In this document: piece by piece, positions 28,333-39,048 of the stretch
Layout: each line of letters begins with the position of its first letter
How positions within the stretch are numbered: the stretch's first letter is position 1
Assembly: GCA_965216635.1 (NCBI GenBank)
Contig: OZ244188.1
Coordinates: 576,001 to 640,000 of the forward strand
Origin: a bacterium
Lineage (GTDB): Bacteria > SAR324 > XYD2-FULL-50-16 > G965216635
Length of the DNA: 64,000 nucleotides
Direction: 5' to 3'
Made by a program: the position numbers and the translations under genes
Notes under the pieces: model-generated
Databases searched by the model: none
What the model was told of the DNA's origin: nothing
What the model saw: the letters and a program-made list of their open reading frames with translations, nothing else

Positions 28333-28710
28333 TTATTCTTCGTTGATAATTTTGATTAATTTTTCCACATTGCGATTAGGCTCTTTTGTTATTTGTTTCA
28401 AAAGAGTTGCTTCTTTTTGCCAGTTTGATGTGGAGAAAAAAATATTTTTTAAAATAGAGGCTTCGTAGCCAAAAAGAATTCTTATTTCAGCTAAAGCATC
28501 GGTTTCTACTACAATGTAATAAAAATAATAAAAGCCTTGTAGGACTTTTTTCATAGGATAAGCTAATTTCCTTCTTCCCCAATCTATTTTTTCTAGAATT
28601 TTGGCGTTGAATTTGGCAAATATTTGTGTAATTTGCTTTTCCGCCTTTTGCCTTTCCTCCTCTGATAGAGTTCCGTTGATAATAAGGAGGCATTCGTATT
28701 GTTTTTTCAT
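28333..28710 (-). CDS. rpsF: 30S ribosomal protein S6
   Basis: YE, WGRRKLAYPMKK, G.Y; operon position. Confidence 0.95.
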   Translation of the reverse strand: MKKQYECLLIINGTLSEEERQKAEKQITQIFAKFNAKILEKIDWGRRKLAYPMKKVLQGFYYFYYIVVETDALAEIRILFGYEASILKNIFFSTSNWQKEATLLKQITKEPNRNVEKLIKIINEE

Positions 28711-28796
28711 AAAATCTTATGGATAAAGCTCCAAAAAAGAGCAAGATTGAGCGAGATTTTCGTATCTATTTAATACTAGTATCTGGCGTTAGGTGA

Positions 28797-28826
28797 ATGA
28801 TAGCATTTTTTTAAAAGATTTGTCAA
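28797..28826 (-). promoter_or_regulatory. Putative sigma70 promoter of rpsF-rpsR-rplI
   Basis: TTGACA-N18-TATCAT with TGn on the minus strand. Confidence 0.45.
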
Positions 28827-28890
28827 TAATTTTTTTTTGTTGTATTCTTTTATTTAATAGGATATTTTTGCCTAGTACTTATCTCTATAT

Positions 28891-28990
28891 GAGACTATTG
28901 AATTAGGCATTATAGGAAGGCTAGACAAGACAAAAATTTTTTTTTTTTAACGCTGTATAGCCGAACTAGAATGTCTAATTCAACAGTCTC
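28891..28990 (-). repeat. Palindromic element (A2), internally deleted
   Basis: GAGACTATTGAATTAGGCATT...AATGTCTAATTCAACAGTCTC inverted termini. Confidence 0.85.
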
Positions 28991-28998
28991 TATATTTT

Positions 28999-30378
28999 AT
29001 GAAAACTATATTATCTGGAATCCATTTTTTAATTATTTCTGCTGATAGCTCTCTTTTGCGGAAAATTAAGAATAAACTCAAAGAAAAAGAAAAAGCAGAA
29101 GTTTTTTTAGCTACTAGTCTAGTACAAGCTAAACGAATTTTAGAAACAGAATCTTTGCATGTCGTTTTTTTTGATTATGATTTGGCTAATGGTAAAGACG
29201 CTTTAGATTTTTTGAGTCTATTTCAAGAATATTCTGTAGGCGGGTTGTGTTATTTTTACACCAAAGAGCCGAACTACAAAGGAGCGTTTGAAGTAATCAA
29301 GGCGGGAGCCACAGATTTTCTTACGCAGCCTATAGATTGGGATAATTTGTTTCAAGAAATTAGCAAAAAGTTATCTTTACGCCTTACTCAATTGGTGAGT
29401 CTTGAACCAGAATTGCAGGATTTACAATATTTCTTGCTTTTTCGTTCAAACAAAATGAAAGAGGGTTTAAAAACGTTACCACGGATAGCTAAGACAAATT
29501 ATTCTGTTTTGATAATGGGAGAGTCTGGAACTGGTAAGGAAATGGTGGCTCGTGCAATACACGTTTTAAGCCCTAGAAAAGAAGGTGCTTTTGTGGCTGT
29601 GAACTGTGCTGCTATACCAGAAACACTGATTGAGAGTGAGCTTTTCGGTTATGAAAAAGGCAGTTTTACGGGGGCTGCTGGAACAAAAAAAGGTAAGTTT
29701 GAATTGGCAAACAAAGGCACTTTATTATTGGATGAAATTGGTGATATGCCTTTACAATTACAAACCAGATTTTTAAGAGTTTTAGAAGAAGGTAAAGTTT
29801 CTCGTATAGGAGCTGAAAAAGATATTGCTTTAGATGTAAGAGTAATAGCTGCTACCCATAATGATTTAAAACAAAAAATAACGGATGGTTTGTTTAGAGA
29901 AGATCTTTATTACCGACTTAATATTCTCAATATTCATTTACCTCCTCTGAGAGAAAGAAAAGAAGATATTAGTCTTTTGGCTTGGCATTTTTTGCAAAGA
30001 GTTTTAAATGAGGTAAATTATAAACCTCCTTATCCTTATTTAAGTCAGGAAAGCATTCAATTACTAGAGCAGTATAGTTGGTCGGGCAATGTTCGTGAAC
30101 TCAAAAATTTAATGACCCAAATTGCTGTGCTTCTACCGAGTGGAATTAGAAAAATAGAAGCAAAAATGATTAAAAAATCGCTTTTCCAATATGTTTCTAA
30201 GCAGTCTCAAAATGAAGAAATGTTTCAAGTGCCTTTAGGTTTGAGTTTAGCAGAAGTCAAAGATGGTTATATCAAAAAAATACTAGATACTAAAAAAGGA
30301 AACAAAACAAAAGCAGCGAAAATTCTAAAAATGAGTTTGCGTTCGTTAAGACAGAAGACGAATCATTCTACTATGTAG
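28999..30378 (+). CDS. Sigma54-dependent Fis-family transcriptional regulator with receiver-like domain
   Basis: GESGTGKE, ESELFG, GSFTGA, C-terminal GNKTKAAKILKMS HTH. Confidence 0.92.
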   Translation: MKTILSGIHFLIISADSSLLRKIKNKLKEKEKAEVFLATSLVQAKRILETESLHVVFFDYDLANGKDALDFLSLFQEYSVGGLCYFYTKEPNYKGAFEVIKAGATDFLTQPIDWDNLFQEISKKLSLRLTQLVSLEPELQDLQYFLLFRSNKMKEGLKTLPRIAKTNYSVLIMGESGTGKEMVARAIHVLSPRKEGAFVAVNCAAIPETLIESELFGYEKGSFTGAAGTKKGKFELANKGTLLLDEIGDMPLQLQTRFLRVLEEGKVSRIGAEKDIALDVRVIAATHNDLKQKITDGLFREDLYYRLNILNIHLPPLRERKEDISLLAWHFLQRVLNEVNYKPPYPYLSQESIQLLEQYSWSGNVRELKNLMTQIAVLLPSGIRKIEAKMIKKSLFQYVSKQSQNEEMFQVPLGLSLAEVKDGYIKKILDTKKGNKTKAAKILKMSLRSLRQKTNHSTM

Positions 30379-30381
30379 TAG

Positions 30382-31293
30382 GTGCATCTTAATCAACTGA
30401 CTTCAATGAAAATTCAACAAGCATTTCAAGAAATTAAAAAAATAAGCTCTTCTATAAAAAATTCAGATATAGAGTTTATTTTAAAATTTTTGCTTAAAAT
30501 GAGTAAGACTCAGCTTTATATGAGTTTTGATGAAAATCTTACTCAAACAAAACAAAAACAACTTTTTGCAATTATTAAAAGATACCAGAGCGGAGAGCCT
30601 TTAGGCTATATTTTGGGAAAAATAGATTTTTTCAGGCGAGATTTTTTAATCAAAAAACCTGTTCTTATTCCTAGGATAGACAGCGAGGTTCTTGTAACAG
30701 AATGTTTGAAACTTATTAAAAAACATAGCTTAAAATCTCTTTTAGAAATAGGTTCGGGCTCGGGTAATCTCAGTATTAGTCTGGCTAGTAGCTCTAAAGT
30801 TGAAATCACAGCATTGGAGCTTTCAGCCGATGCTATTTTTTTAAGCAAAAAAAATTTAAAACTGCATAAAACAGCACTAGAGGAAATAGGTTCTCAAATT
30901 CTTTTTAAAAAAACTAATATTTTGAACGAGAAGGCTCCTAAAAAACCTTATGAAATGATTTTTTCTAATCCGCCTTATGTGAGCGATTCAGAAATGAACA
31001 AACTACCCAGTGAAATCAAAAATTGGGAAGATAAATTAGCTCTCTGGGGAGGTGTGGATGGCTTAAAATTTTATTACTATTTTGCTAAAGAATTGCAAAA
31101 ATGGTTGGTGGTTAATGGTTGGTTAGTTTTAGAGCATGGTTATCAGCAAAAAGAAAAAATCATTCATCTTTTTAAAAAGCAAGGCTGGATTTTTTACTCT
31201 AGTTGCCAAGATTTAGGCAACAGAAATAGGGTGCTTGTTTTTAGACTTCCCAAGTCTATAAAATCAATAGTCAGTGGGCTTCTCTCCAATTAA
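30382..31293 (+). CDS. prmC: Release factor glutamine methyltransferase
   Basis: GEPLGYILG, VLIPR, EIGSGSG, SNPPY, ALWGG.DGL, LEHGY.Q. Confidence 0.93.
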   Translation: MHLNQLTSMKIQQAFQEIKKISSSIKNSDIEFILKFLLKMSKTQLYMSFDENLTQTKQKQLFAIIKRYQSGEPLGYILGKIDFFRRDFLIKKPVLIPRIDSEVLVTECLKLIKKHSLKSLLEIGSGSGNLSISLASSSKVEITALELSADAIFLSKKNLKLHKTALEEIGSQILFKKTNILNEKAPKKPYEMIFSNPPYVSDSEMNKLPSEIKNWEDKLALWGGVDGLKFYYYFAKELQKWLVVNGWLVLEHGYQQKEKIIHLFKKQGWIFYSSCQDLGNRNRVLVFRLPKSIKSIVSGLLSN

Positions 31294-33997
31294 CACCTTT
31301 TTGAATCTCTACTTTAAGAATAACCTTGAGCGGATAGACGTTTTCCATTTTTTCTTTAATGAGAAGCATTCTTGATTCTGCTTCTTTTTTGGGAACTTCA
31401 AAAACCAGTTCGTCGTGGATTTGCATAATCATTTGGTGATCTTTTTTATAATGTTTGGCTATTTTAAGCATTGCTAATTTGATAATATCTGCTGCACTAC
31501 CCTGTATAATCGTATTGACGGCGATTCTTTCCATCGCAGATCGTAACATAGGATTTTTGTCGTTGATGCCTTTTACTGCTCGGCGACGCCCTAAAATAGT
31601 AGTTACAAATTCTTTTTTTCTTGCTTCTTCTTTACTGGTTTCTACAAAATTTTTAATGGTAGGATATTTAGAAAAGTAAGTTTCTATAAATTGTTGGGCT
31701 TTTTTTCTGGAACTTCCTATTTCTTCGGATAATTTGGAAGCTCCCATTCCGTAAAGCAGCCCAAAATTAATAGCTTTGGCAATTGCTCTTTTATCTGCCG
31801 AAACTTCTGATTCTTGAAAAATGGCAGCTGCGGTCTCGTTGTGAATGTCTTTATCTTGCTTAAAGGCTTGGATTAGGTTTTCATCTTCGCAAAAATGAGC
31901 AAGCAATCTTAATTCAATTTGAGAATAGTCTGCGGATATAAGATAACAATCTTTGGAAGCAATAAAAGCAGCTCTAATACGGGGACCTTCTTTTCCTCTA
32001 ATTGGAATATTTTGTAGATTTGGATCCTTTGAACTCAGCCTACCTGTTGCAGCCACTGTCTGGTTGTAAGAAGTGTGTATTCTACCAGTGCTGTGATGGA
32101 CTAGGTTGGGCAGAACATCTAAGTAGGTGTTAATTATTTTTTGACTGGCTCTAAATATTTCAATATTCGCAGCTATAGGATATTTTTTAGCGAGTTTGGT
32201 GAGTATGGAAGAATCTGTAGAGTAACCTGTTTTAGTTTTTTTCTTAAATTCTTGGATACCCATTTTTTCAAAGAGTATTTCTCCTAATTGTTTGGGTGAA
32301 TTTAGATTAAACTCTGTGCCTGTTATTTGGTAAATTTCTTGAGCTAGTTTTTCACAATTTTTTTTGATTTCTACAGAAAGATCCGCCAAAATCTGTGCAT
32401 CTATTTTCACTCCTTTTCTTTCCATTTCTGAGAGCAACCCCGTTAGGGGTAGTTCTACTTCTCGGTAAAGTTTTTCTAATTCAAGCTTTTGAATTTTAGG
32501 AGATAGAGTTTGAAAAAGTTTAAGTGTGATTTCCGCATTTTCGGAGGCGTAAGGTAGAGCCTTATCTATCTCAATCTGCTCAAAACTTAAATGCTCTTTT
32601 ACTTTACCCTTGCCTTTGCTTGTCACTTTGGCGATTTCTGTAAAAGAAATGCATGTATGGTTTAAGTGTATTTGAGCTAGTCTATCTAAACTATGGCGAT
32701 TGGCATCTGCATCTATAAGGTAGGATTGCAACATTGTATCTTCTAATTGGTTACTGAGGGTGATATTATAGTTTTTTAAAACAGAAATTTCGTATTTGAG
32801 ATTGTGGGCAATAAAGCGAATATTTGGATTAGAAAAAATTTTTTTAAAGGCATCTAATGTCTCTTGAATTTCTAACTGGGGAATTTTTTCTTGGTGAGCG
32901 AGTGGAATATAAGCTGCTGCTAGACCTTCTACGGCTATGGCAATGCCTACAATTTCTGCTTCTTGAATGACTAAAGAAGTGGTTTCTTTAGAAATATATT
33001 TTAAAGCAAAAGCAAATATTTTTTTCGTTTCTATTTGGGTGAGATATTGTTGTAAGGTTTCAGCATTATTGATGAGTTTATACTTAGCACTTCTATCTTT
33101 TATTTTTGAATCTATAATTTTCAGATCTGCAGAAAGATCACCTGAACCTTGTTTGAGTAGGCCGTCTTGAGTAAAACTATACTCGTAGTAAAAATTTCTT
33201 AATTCTTCTGTTTTACTCGGTTTTAATTGAAAATCTTCTAATTTATAATCTAGCACTATGGGGTGATTTAATTGGGTAAGTTTCAAACTCAGTTCTATAT
33301 TTTTTTTAGATTCTTCTAGTTTTAATCGGGTAGAAGGTTTGATTTTTTCTAAATTTTGGAATATATTCTCTAAATTTTTGTATTGGTTTAATAAATCAGC
33401 TGCGGTTTTAGGACCTATTCCTTTTGCTCCCGGTATATTATCAGAGCTATCCCCTGTAAGACTTAAATATTCGGCAACCTGTTCGGGGTAAATAGCAAAT
33501 TTATTTTTTACTTCTTCACGGCGTAGTTTGATGTTTTTCATACTATCATAGATAGATACAGTATCATTGACTAGCTGGGTTAAATCTTTATCCCCAGAGA
33601 CAATAACAACTTCATCTACTTCGTTGGCAAATTTTCTAGAAAGTTCTGCAATTACATCGTCAGCTTCCCAACCTTCTTTGCAAATAGTTGTCATTTGTAA
33701 CAGGTCTACAAACTGAAAAATAGGTTCAATTTGTTTTTTTAAATCTTCAGGGGCTTCACTACGGTTTGCTTTATAAGGAAAGTAAATTTTTTTGCGGAAG
33801 CTATCACCCTTGGGATCAAAAACCATTGCAAGATATTGCGGTTTGTTTCTCTCTAAAAGTCCTCTTATCATATTTTTAAAACCAAAAATAGCTTTTGTTG
33901 GAAAACCTTTAGCGCTGGTTAAATCTGCCCCAAAACCATAATAGGCTCTAAAAATATAGGCTGCCCCGTCTATTAGATAAAGTTTTTTAAGTTGCAT
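31271..33997 (-). CDS. polA: DNA polymerase I
   Basis: 5'-3' exonuclease (LIDG, YKANR, GDSSDNIPG); polymerase motifs TGRLSS.DPNLQNIP, ADYSQIELR, AKAINFGLLYG, QIHDEL. Confidence 0.97.
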   Translation of the reverse strand: MQLKKLYLIDGAAYIFRAYYGFGADLTSAKGFPTKAIFGFKNMIRGLLERNKPQYLAMVFDPKGDSFRKKIYFPYKANRSEAPEDLKKQIEPIFQFVDLLQMTTICKEGWEADDVIAELSRKFANEVDEVVIVSGDKDLTQLVNDTVSIYDSMKNIKLRREEVKNKFAIYPEQVAEYLSLTGDSSDNIPGAKGIGPKTAADLLNQYKNLENIFQNLEKIKPSTRLKLEESKKNIELSLKLTQLNHPIVLDYKLEDFQLKPSKTEELRNFYYEYSFTQDGLLKQGSGDLSADLKIIDSKIKDRSAKYKLINNAETLQQYLTQIETKKIFAFALKYISKETTSLVIQEAEIVGIAIAVEGLAAAYIPLAHQEKIPQLEIQETLDAFKKIFSNPNIRFIAHNLKYEISVLKNYNITLSNQLEDTMLQSYLIDADANRHSLDRLAQIHLNHTCISFTEIAKVTSKGKGKVKEHLSFEQIEIDKALPYASENAEITLKLFQTLSPKIQKLELEKLYREVELPLTGLLSEMERKGVKIDAQILADLSVEIKKNCEKLAQEIYQITGTEFNLNSPKQLGEILFEKMGIQEFKKKTKTGYSTDSSILTKLAKKYPIAANIEIFRASQKIINTYLDVLPNLVHHSTGRIHTSYNQTVAATGRLSSKDPNLQNIPIRGKEGPRIRAAFIASKDCYLISADYSQIELRLLAHFCEDENLIQAFKQDKDIHNETAAAIFQESEVSADKRAIAKAINFGLLYGMGASKLSEEIGSSRKKAQQFIETYFSKYPTIKNFVETSKEEARKKEFVTTILGRRRAVKGINDKNPMLRSAMERIAVNTIIQGSAADIIKLAMLKIAKHYKKDHQMIMQIHDELVFEVPKKEAESRMLLIKEKMENVYPLKVILKVEIQKGVNWREAH

Positions 33998-34848
33998 TAT
34001 TCAGTTTCTTGTTCTTTTTTGAAAAACACAAATAAGATAATCACTAAAGTCAATAAAAACATCATATTGCCTACAATCCACATAATCAAACCTCCAATTT
34101 TTTGGTCGCTGGTAGCATCTAATAACAAACCTTGATTTGTTGCAGCATAGTTATATCTTGCTTGTGTGCTGAAAGTAATCAGAGCAGAAAGAGCGGAGTT
34201 CGCAATCGTAAGTAGTCCGAGCCACAATAATCTATAAAAATAAGAAATTTTTTTTTTGATAGGTGCTGCTAAAGAATACCACAAAAAAACTGCACTTATA
34301 AACATTAAAAAATGCTGCAGGTAATGTGCTGATTCATAGGTTAAAGCTAAATCATAAAACACAGGAAGATGCCAGAGCCAAAAATTTCCCAGATAAAAGA
34401 AAATGGCTATTTTTGGATTGGAAAGGAAAGCAAGCAAAGAGCGGTAAATTTTTAAACGAGTAATTTGACCTACAAATTTTGGGAAGTGACTATGGGTGCC
34501 AGAAACAATAGGTAGTATAGGTAAGCCTAATAGTATTAATGGAGCAGAAAACATAACAACTAGCAAATGCTGTATCATGTGAAAATAAAAATAACTATCT
34601 GCTAGATAGTCTATAGGAGAGCATAGGGCGAGAACAAGTAAAAAAAATCCAGCCACAAAACAAACGGTTCTCCAAAGGGGATATTTATGATTTTGCTTAC
34701 GACGGTATTTTATAAGACCGCGGAAATAAAAATAAGCAAAAACAGTTATTACCAGCAGACTAGGATCTAAAGTCCATGCAAATAGCGGATTGATTATATT
34801 GGATTCTCCAGTATGAGCGTAAAGGTTGGGTATTAGCACAGTTTTCAT
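33997..34848 (-). CDS. ctaG: Cytochrome c oxidase assembly factor (caa3-type CtaG family)
   Basis: SPID, HMIQHLL, PLILLG, WH.P..YD, H..QH, DQKIGGLIMW. Confidence 0.88.
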   Translation of the reverse strand: MKTVLIPNLYAHTGESNIINPLFAWTLDPSLLVITVFAYFYFRGLIKYRRKQNHKYPLWRTVCFVAGFFLLVLALCSPIDYLADSYFYFHMIQHLLVVMFSAPLILLGLPILPIVSGTHSHFPKFVGQITRLKIYRSLLAFLSNPKIAIFFYLGNFWLWHLPVFYDLALTYESAHYLQHFLMFISAVFLWYSLAAPIKKKISYFYRLLWLGLLTIANSALSALITFSTQARYNYAATNQGLLLDATSDQKIGGLIMWIVGNMMFLLTLVIILFVFFKKEQETE

Positions 34849-36473
34849 AGTTTTTGTGCTACCTGTTTCGCTTTTTTGTAAGTAATATTATATTCTAAAA
34901 TAATAGGTCTTTTGCCTTCCATTACATTTTTTATACTTACTATATCGCATTTATAAACATCCTTGTTTATAGTTCCTAGTTCGTGGCACTCTGTTTTCAT
35001 TCCATCTGTAATATTTTCCATAGTTAAAAGTATTCCAGCGCAGTTATTCTCTTGGCAAGTTTTAATAAAAGATCTGACTTGTGTTATAGATAAATTTTTT
35101 CCACCCTTTACATCTATAATACATCTTTTGCTTTCTGTTTCTGGTGGTATTTGAAAATAAAAATTTCCATCTATACCTCCATCTCCAGTTTTTTTACTAT
35201 TAGAAACAGCATTCAAAAGATATTCTATAGCCCAATCTTGGAATTTATACTTATCTTCTTCTGCTAATTTTAGAGCTTGTTCGAAGTTTTTAGGTAGTCC
35301 TTCTACTTCAAAATCTCTGTTTTTTAAAAATCTATTTCTTTCTCTTAGTCTTTTTTCAACGACTGCAATACTCAATGTAGAAATATCGCAACCAACGAAA
35401 TTTCTTTTATTTTCTATTGCACTATCTATTGTAGTTCCACAGCCGCAGAAAAAATCAGCCACTAAATCTCCCTCTTTACTGCTTGCTTCTATTATTCTAT
35501 TCAATAATTTGATAGGTTTTTGAGTAGGATAATTCCCTTCAACTCTTTCATTTGAGTTACTACTTATTGGATTAATATCTGTCCATATCTCTTGAAATGG
35601 CACTCCAATCATCTCATCAAGATATTCTTTAAAACGAGGTATCCCATTTTTACTAATCAAAATATAATCATTTTCATAAAGCAAATCTAATCTTTCTATA
35701 ATAGACATTGTTTTAGCTTTTTCTTCGCCTACAAGTTTATTGATAATTCTTTTAGGTATAGACCACGAACGATTACTTTGAGAAGGATGGTAATCTTTCC
35801 AAATTTTATCATTTTTATTTATACCAGCTCCAGTTAAAATAACAGATTGATATTTTCCTCTTTTGTCTTTATGGGTAAAATTATTTTCTATGTATTCTTG
35901 ACTATATTTTTCATACCCAATATGAAATATGTAGTTATTGCTTTTTGTATAGAAAAATATGGAATCTCTATTTCTTCCAAATTTTTTTGGGTCATTGTGA
36001 GCGTAAGTTCTTTTCCAAATAATTTCGTTCTTAAAATTTTTTACTCCAAAAATTAAATCACAAAGGGTTTTTAGATAATGGCTCATCGTAGGGTCGCAGT
36101 GTAGATAAAAACTACCTGTTTCTTTTAATAGTTCTCTAATATAATAAATTCTTATAGCCATCATAGATAAATAAGAAATATAACTAATAGGCATCGTTTT
36201 TTTAATGAAGGTTAGATATCCATCTATTGTGTTTAAAGCTAAAGTTTTTATCTCCTCTATATTTTTTTGATAATCTACATTACTCCAAGTATCTGTAAAA
36301 ACTTCTTTTTGAATATCGTCTAGTTCATTAAATCTATCTTTGTATAAAATATTGTAATTTCTTTTAGAGTTAAAAGGCGGGTCAATATAGACTAAATCAA
36401 TAAAACTGCTTTTTTCTTCTAGCAGTTTTTTCATTACTTCTAAATTGTCTCCGTAGTATAGATAATTTTCCAT
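34845..36473 (-). CDS. Beta-class adenine DNA methyltransferase fused to a C-terminal Mrr-like nuclease domain (copy 1)
   Basis: YIDPPFN, YPTQKP, DFFCGCGTT; C-terminal FQDWA...GDGGIDG...DVKGG. Confidence 0.88.
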   Translation of the reverse strand: MENYLYYGDNLEVMKKLLEEKSSFIDLVYIDPPFNSKRNYNILYKDRFNELDDIQKEVFTDTWSNVDYQKNIEEIKTLALNTIDGYLTFIKKTMPISYISYLSMMAIRIYYIRELLKETGSFYLHCDPTMSHYLKTLCDLIFGVKNFKNEIIWKRTYAHNDPKKFGRNRDSIFFYTKSNNYIFHIGYEKYSQEYIENNFTHKDKRGKYQSVILTGAGINKNDKIWKDYHPSQSNRSWSIPKRIINKLVGEEKAKTMSIIERLDLLYENDYILISKNGIPRFKEYLDEMIGVPFQEIWTDINPISSNSNERVEGNYPTQKPIKLLNRIIEASSKEGDLVADFFCGCGTTIDSAIENKRNFVGCDISTLSIAVVEKRLRERNRFLKNRDFEVEGLPKNFEQALKLAEEDKYKFQDWAIEYLLNAVSNSKKTGDGGIDGNFYFQIPPETESKRCIIDVKGGKNLSITQVRSFIKTCQENNCAGILLTMENITDGMKTECHELGTINKDVYKCDIVSIKNVMEGKRPIILEYNITYKKAKQVAQKL

Positions 36474-36504
36474 TATTCTTTATGGTTTGATTTTTATTTA
36501 TGAA

Positions 36505-37335
36505 TTAACTCACGTAAGATTGTATGTGATTCTCTTGTTTCTTCTCAAATAAAAAAATGTATTCGTGTTTAAATAGATAAAACCCGCCTGCTAAGGCTCT
36601 GTATCTCCACAAAGCCTGTTGGTTTTGTTTTGATCTTGTTTCTTTAAAATTTTTCACAACAGTGCTTTTAAGTTTAAAATTTCTTTTGAGAATTTCTTGC
36701 ATTGTATAAAAACCTAGAGGCAGCCATTCTGAATTTGCATATTTATCCCCTATTACCAAAGCTAAATATCTTTTGCGTTCTAAAATGGATTCTATCTTAT
36801 CTACTATTTTACCTAAATGTTTAAGAAAATGTTCTAAACTAGGGCTATTAGAAAGGTCTTTTTCGTTCTTACTGAATTGAATTATATCCCAATAAGGCGG
36901 GTGCATTATCACCAACTGCACTGCTTCAATGCCAAGATTGGTAAGTTTTTTTTGATAGTCAAAAGTGCTACTATCGGCAGTAATAACTTCTATTTTTGAA
37001 TTGTTTTGAGATAAAGCCCTATCATTAGCTATATTTTTTTTTGCAAGTTCTGATATTTCTTCTTGTAATTCTATGCCTATACCATTTCTACCTAGTCTCT
37101 GACATTCCATTAAGGTAGTTCCAGAACCTAAAAAACAATCCAAAACCCAATCGTTTTTTTTTGTGTACCTCTTTAAAAGTTGTTGCGGAATTTGAGGAAT
37201 AAAGTTACTCCAATAGTTGGCTGAATGAGCTCCCGAGCTATCTCTTTTATCTAATACCCAAAGACTATCGGTTAAGATTTCTTCATATTGTTTCCAGTTT
37301 TTTAAATCTATATCATTAATAGAATTAGTTCTCAT
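36505..37335 (-). CDS. DNA methyltransferase (motif I before HPPY motif IV)
   Basis: NFIPQIP, LDCFLGSGTT, MHPPYWD, HEYIFLF. Confidence 0.85.
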   Translation of the reverse strand: MRTNSINDIDLKNWKQYEEILTDSLWVLDKRDSSGAHSANYWSNFIPQIPQQLLKRYTKKNDWVLDCFLGSGTTLMECQRLGRNGIGIELQEEISELAKKNIANDRALSQNNSKIEVITADSSTFDYQKKLTNLGIEAVQLVIMHPPYWDIIQFSKNEKDLSNSPSLEHFLKHLGKIVDKIESILERKRYLALVIGDKYANSEWLPLGFYTMQEILKRNFKLKSTVVKNFKETRSKQNQQALWRYRALAGGFYLFKHEYIFLFEKKQENHIQSYVS

Positions 37336-37419
37336 AATTGGTAGCTTAGGTTTTTTATATGTATTTTTTTAAGCAATCTTCAAAATCTTTTTCTGCTGTT
37401 GGGGTGTGGTCTTTTTCGT

Positions 37420-39048
37420 TCATAGTTTTTGTGCTACCTGTTTTGCTTTTTTGTAAGTAATATTATATTCCAAAATAATAGGTCTTTTGCCTTCCATTAC
37501 ATTTTTTATACTTACTATATCGCATTTATAAACACCCTTGTTTATAGTTCCTAGTTCGTGGCACTCTGTTTTCATTCCATCTGTGATATTTCCCATAGTT
37601 AAAAGTATTCCAGCGCAGTTATTCTCTTGGCAAGTTTTAATAAAAGATCTGACTTGTGTTATAGATAAATTTTTTCCACCCTTTACATCTATAATACATC
37701 TTTTGCTTTCTGTTTCTGGTGGTATTTGAAAATAAAAATTTCCATCTATACCTCCATCTCCAGTTTTTTTACTATTAGAAACAGCATTCAAAAGATATTC
37801 TATAGCCCAATCTTGGAATTTATATTTATCTTCTTCTGCTAATTTTAGAGCTTGTTCAAAGTTTTTAGGTAATCCTTCTACTTCAAAATCTCTGTTTTTT
37901 AAAAATCTATTTCTTTCTCTTAATCTTTTTTCAACGACTGCAATACTCAATGTAGAAATATCGCAACCAACGAAATTTCTTTTATTTTCTATCGCACTAT
38001 CTATTGTAGTTCCACAGCCGCAGAAAAAATCAGCCACTAAATCTCCCTCTTTACTGCTTGCTTCTATTATTCTATTCAATAATTTGATAGGTTTTTGAGT
38101 AGGATAATTCCCTTCAACTCTTTCATTTGAGTTACTACTTATTGGATTAATATCTGTCCATATCTCTTGAAATGGCACTCCAATCATCTCATCAAGATAT
38201 TCTTTAAAACGAGGTATCCCATTTTTACTAATCAAAATATAATCATTTTCATAAAGCAAATCTAATCTTTCTATAATAGACATTGTTTTAGCTTTTTCTT
38301 CGCCTACAAGTTTATTGATAATTCTTTTAGGTATAGACCACGAACGATTACTTTGAGAAGGATGGTAATCTTTCCAAATTTCATCATTTTTATTTATACC
38401 AGCTCCAGTTAAAATAACAGATTGATATTTTCCTCTTTTGTCTTTATGGGTAAAATTATTTTCTATGTATTCTTGACTATATTTTTCATACCCAATATGA
38501 AATATGTAGTTATTGCTTTTTGTATAGAAAAATATGGAATCTCTATTTCTTCCAAATTTTTTTGGGTCATTGTGAGCGTAAGTTCTTTTCCAAATAATTT
38601 CATTTTTAAAATTTTTTACTCCAAAAATTAAATCACAAAGGGTTTTTAGATAATGGCTCATTGTAGGGTCGCAGTGTAGATAAAAACTACCTGTTTCTTT
38701 TAATAGTTCTCTAATGTAATAAATTCTTATAGCCATCATAGATAAATAAGAAATATAACTAATAGGCATCGTTTTTTTAATGAAGGTTAGATATCCATCT
38801 ATTGTGTTTAAAGCTAAAGTTTTTATCTCCTCTATATTTTTTTGATAATCTACATTACTCCAAGTATCTGTAAAAACTTCTTTTTGAATATCGTCTAGTT
38901 CATTAAATCTATCTTTGTATAAAATATTGTAATTTCTTTTAGAGTTAAAAGGCGGGTCAATATAGACTAAATCAATAAAACTACTTTTTTCTTCTAGCAG
39001 TTTTTTCATTACTTCTAAATTGTCTCCGTAGTATAGATAATTTTCCAT
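37420..39048 (-). CDS. Beta-class adenine DNA methyltransferase + Mrr-like domain (copy 2)
   Basis: Identical to copy 1 except for 3 amino acids. Confidence 0.88.
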   Translation of the reverse strand: MENYLYYGDNLEVMKKLLEEKSSFIDLVYIDPPFNSKRNYNILYKDRFNELDDIQKEVFTDTWSNVDYQKNIEEIKTLALNTIDGYLTFIKKTMPISYISYLSMMAIRIYYIRELLKETGSFYLHCDPTMSHYLKTLCDLIFGVKNFKNEIIWKRTYAHNDPKKFGRNRDSIFFYTKSNNYIFHIGYEKYSQEYIENNFTHKDKRGKYQSVILTGAGINKNDEIWKDYHPSQSNRSWSIPKRIINKLVGEEKAKTMSIIERLDLLYENDYILISKNGIPRFKEYLDEMIGVPFQEIWTDINPISSNSNERVEGNYPTQKPIKLLNRIIEASSKEGDLVADFFCGCGTTIDSAIENKRNFVGCDISTLSIAVVEKRLRERNRFLKNRDFEVEGLPKNFEQALKLAEEDKYKFQDWAIEYLLNAVSNSKKTGDGGIDGNFYFQIPPETESKRCIIDVKGGKNLSITQVRSFIKTCQENNCAGILLTMGNITDGMKTECHELGTINKGVYKCDIVSIKNVMEGKRPIILEYNITYKKAKQVAQKL

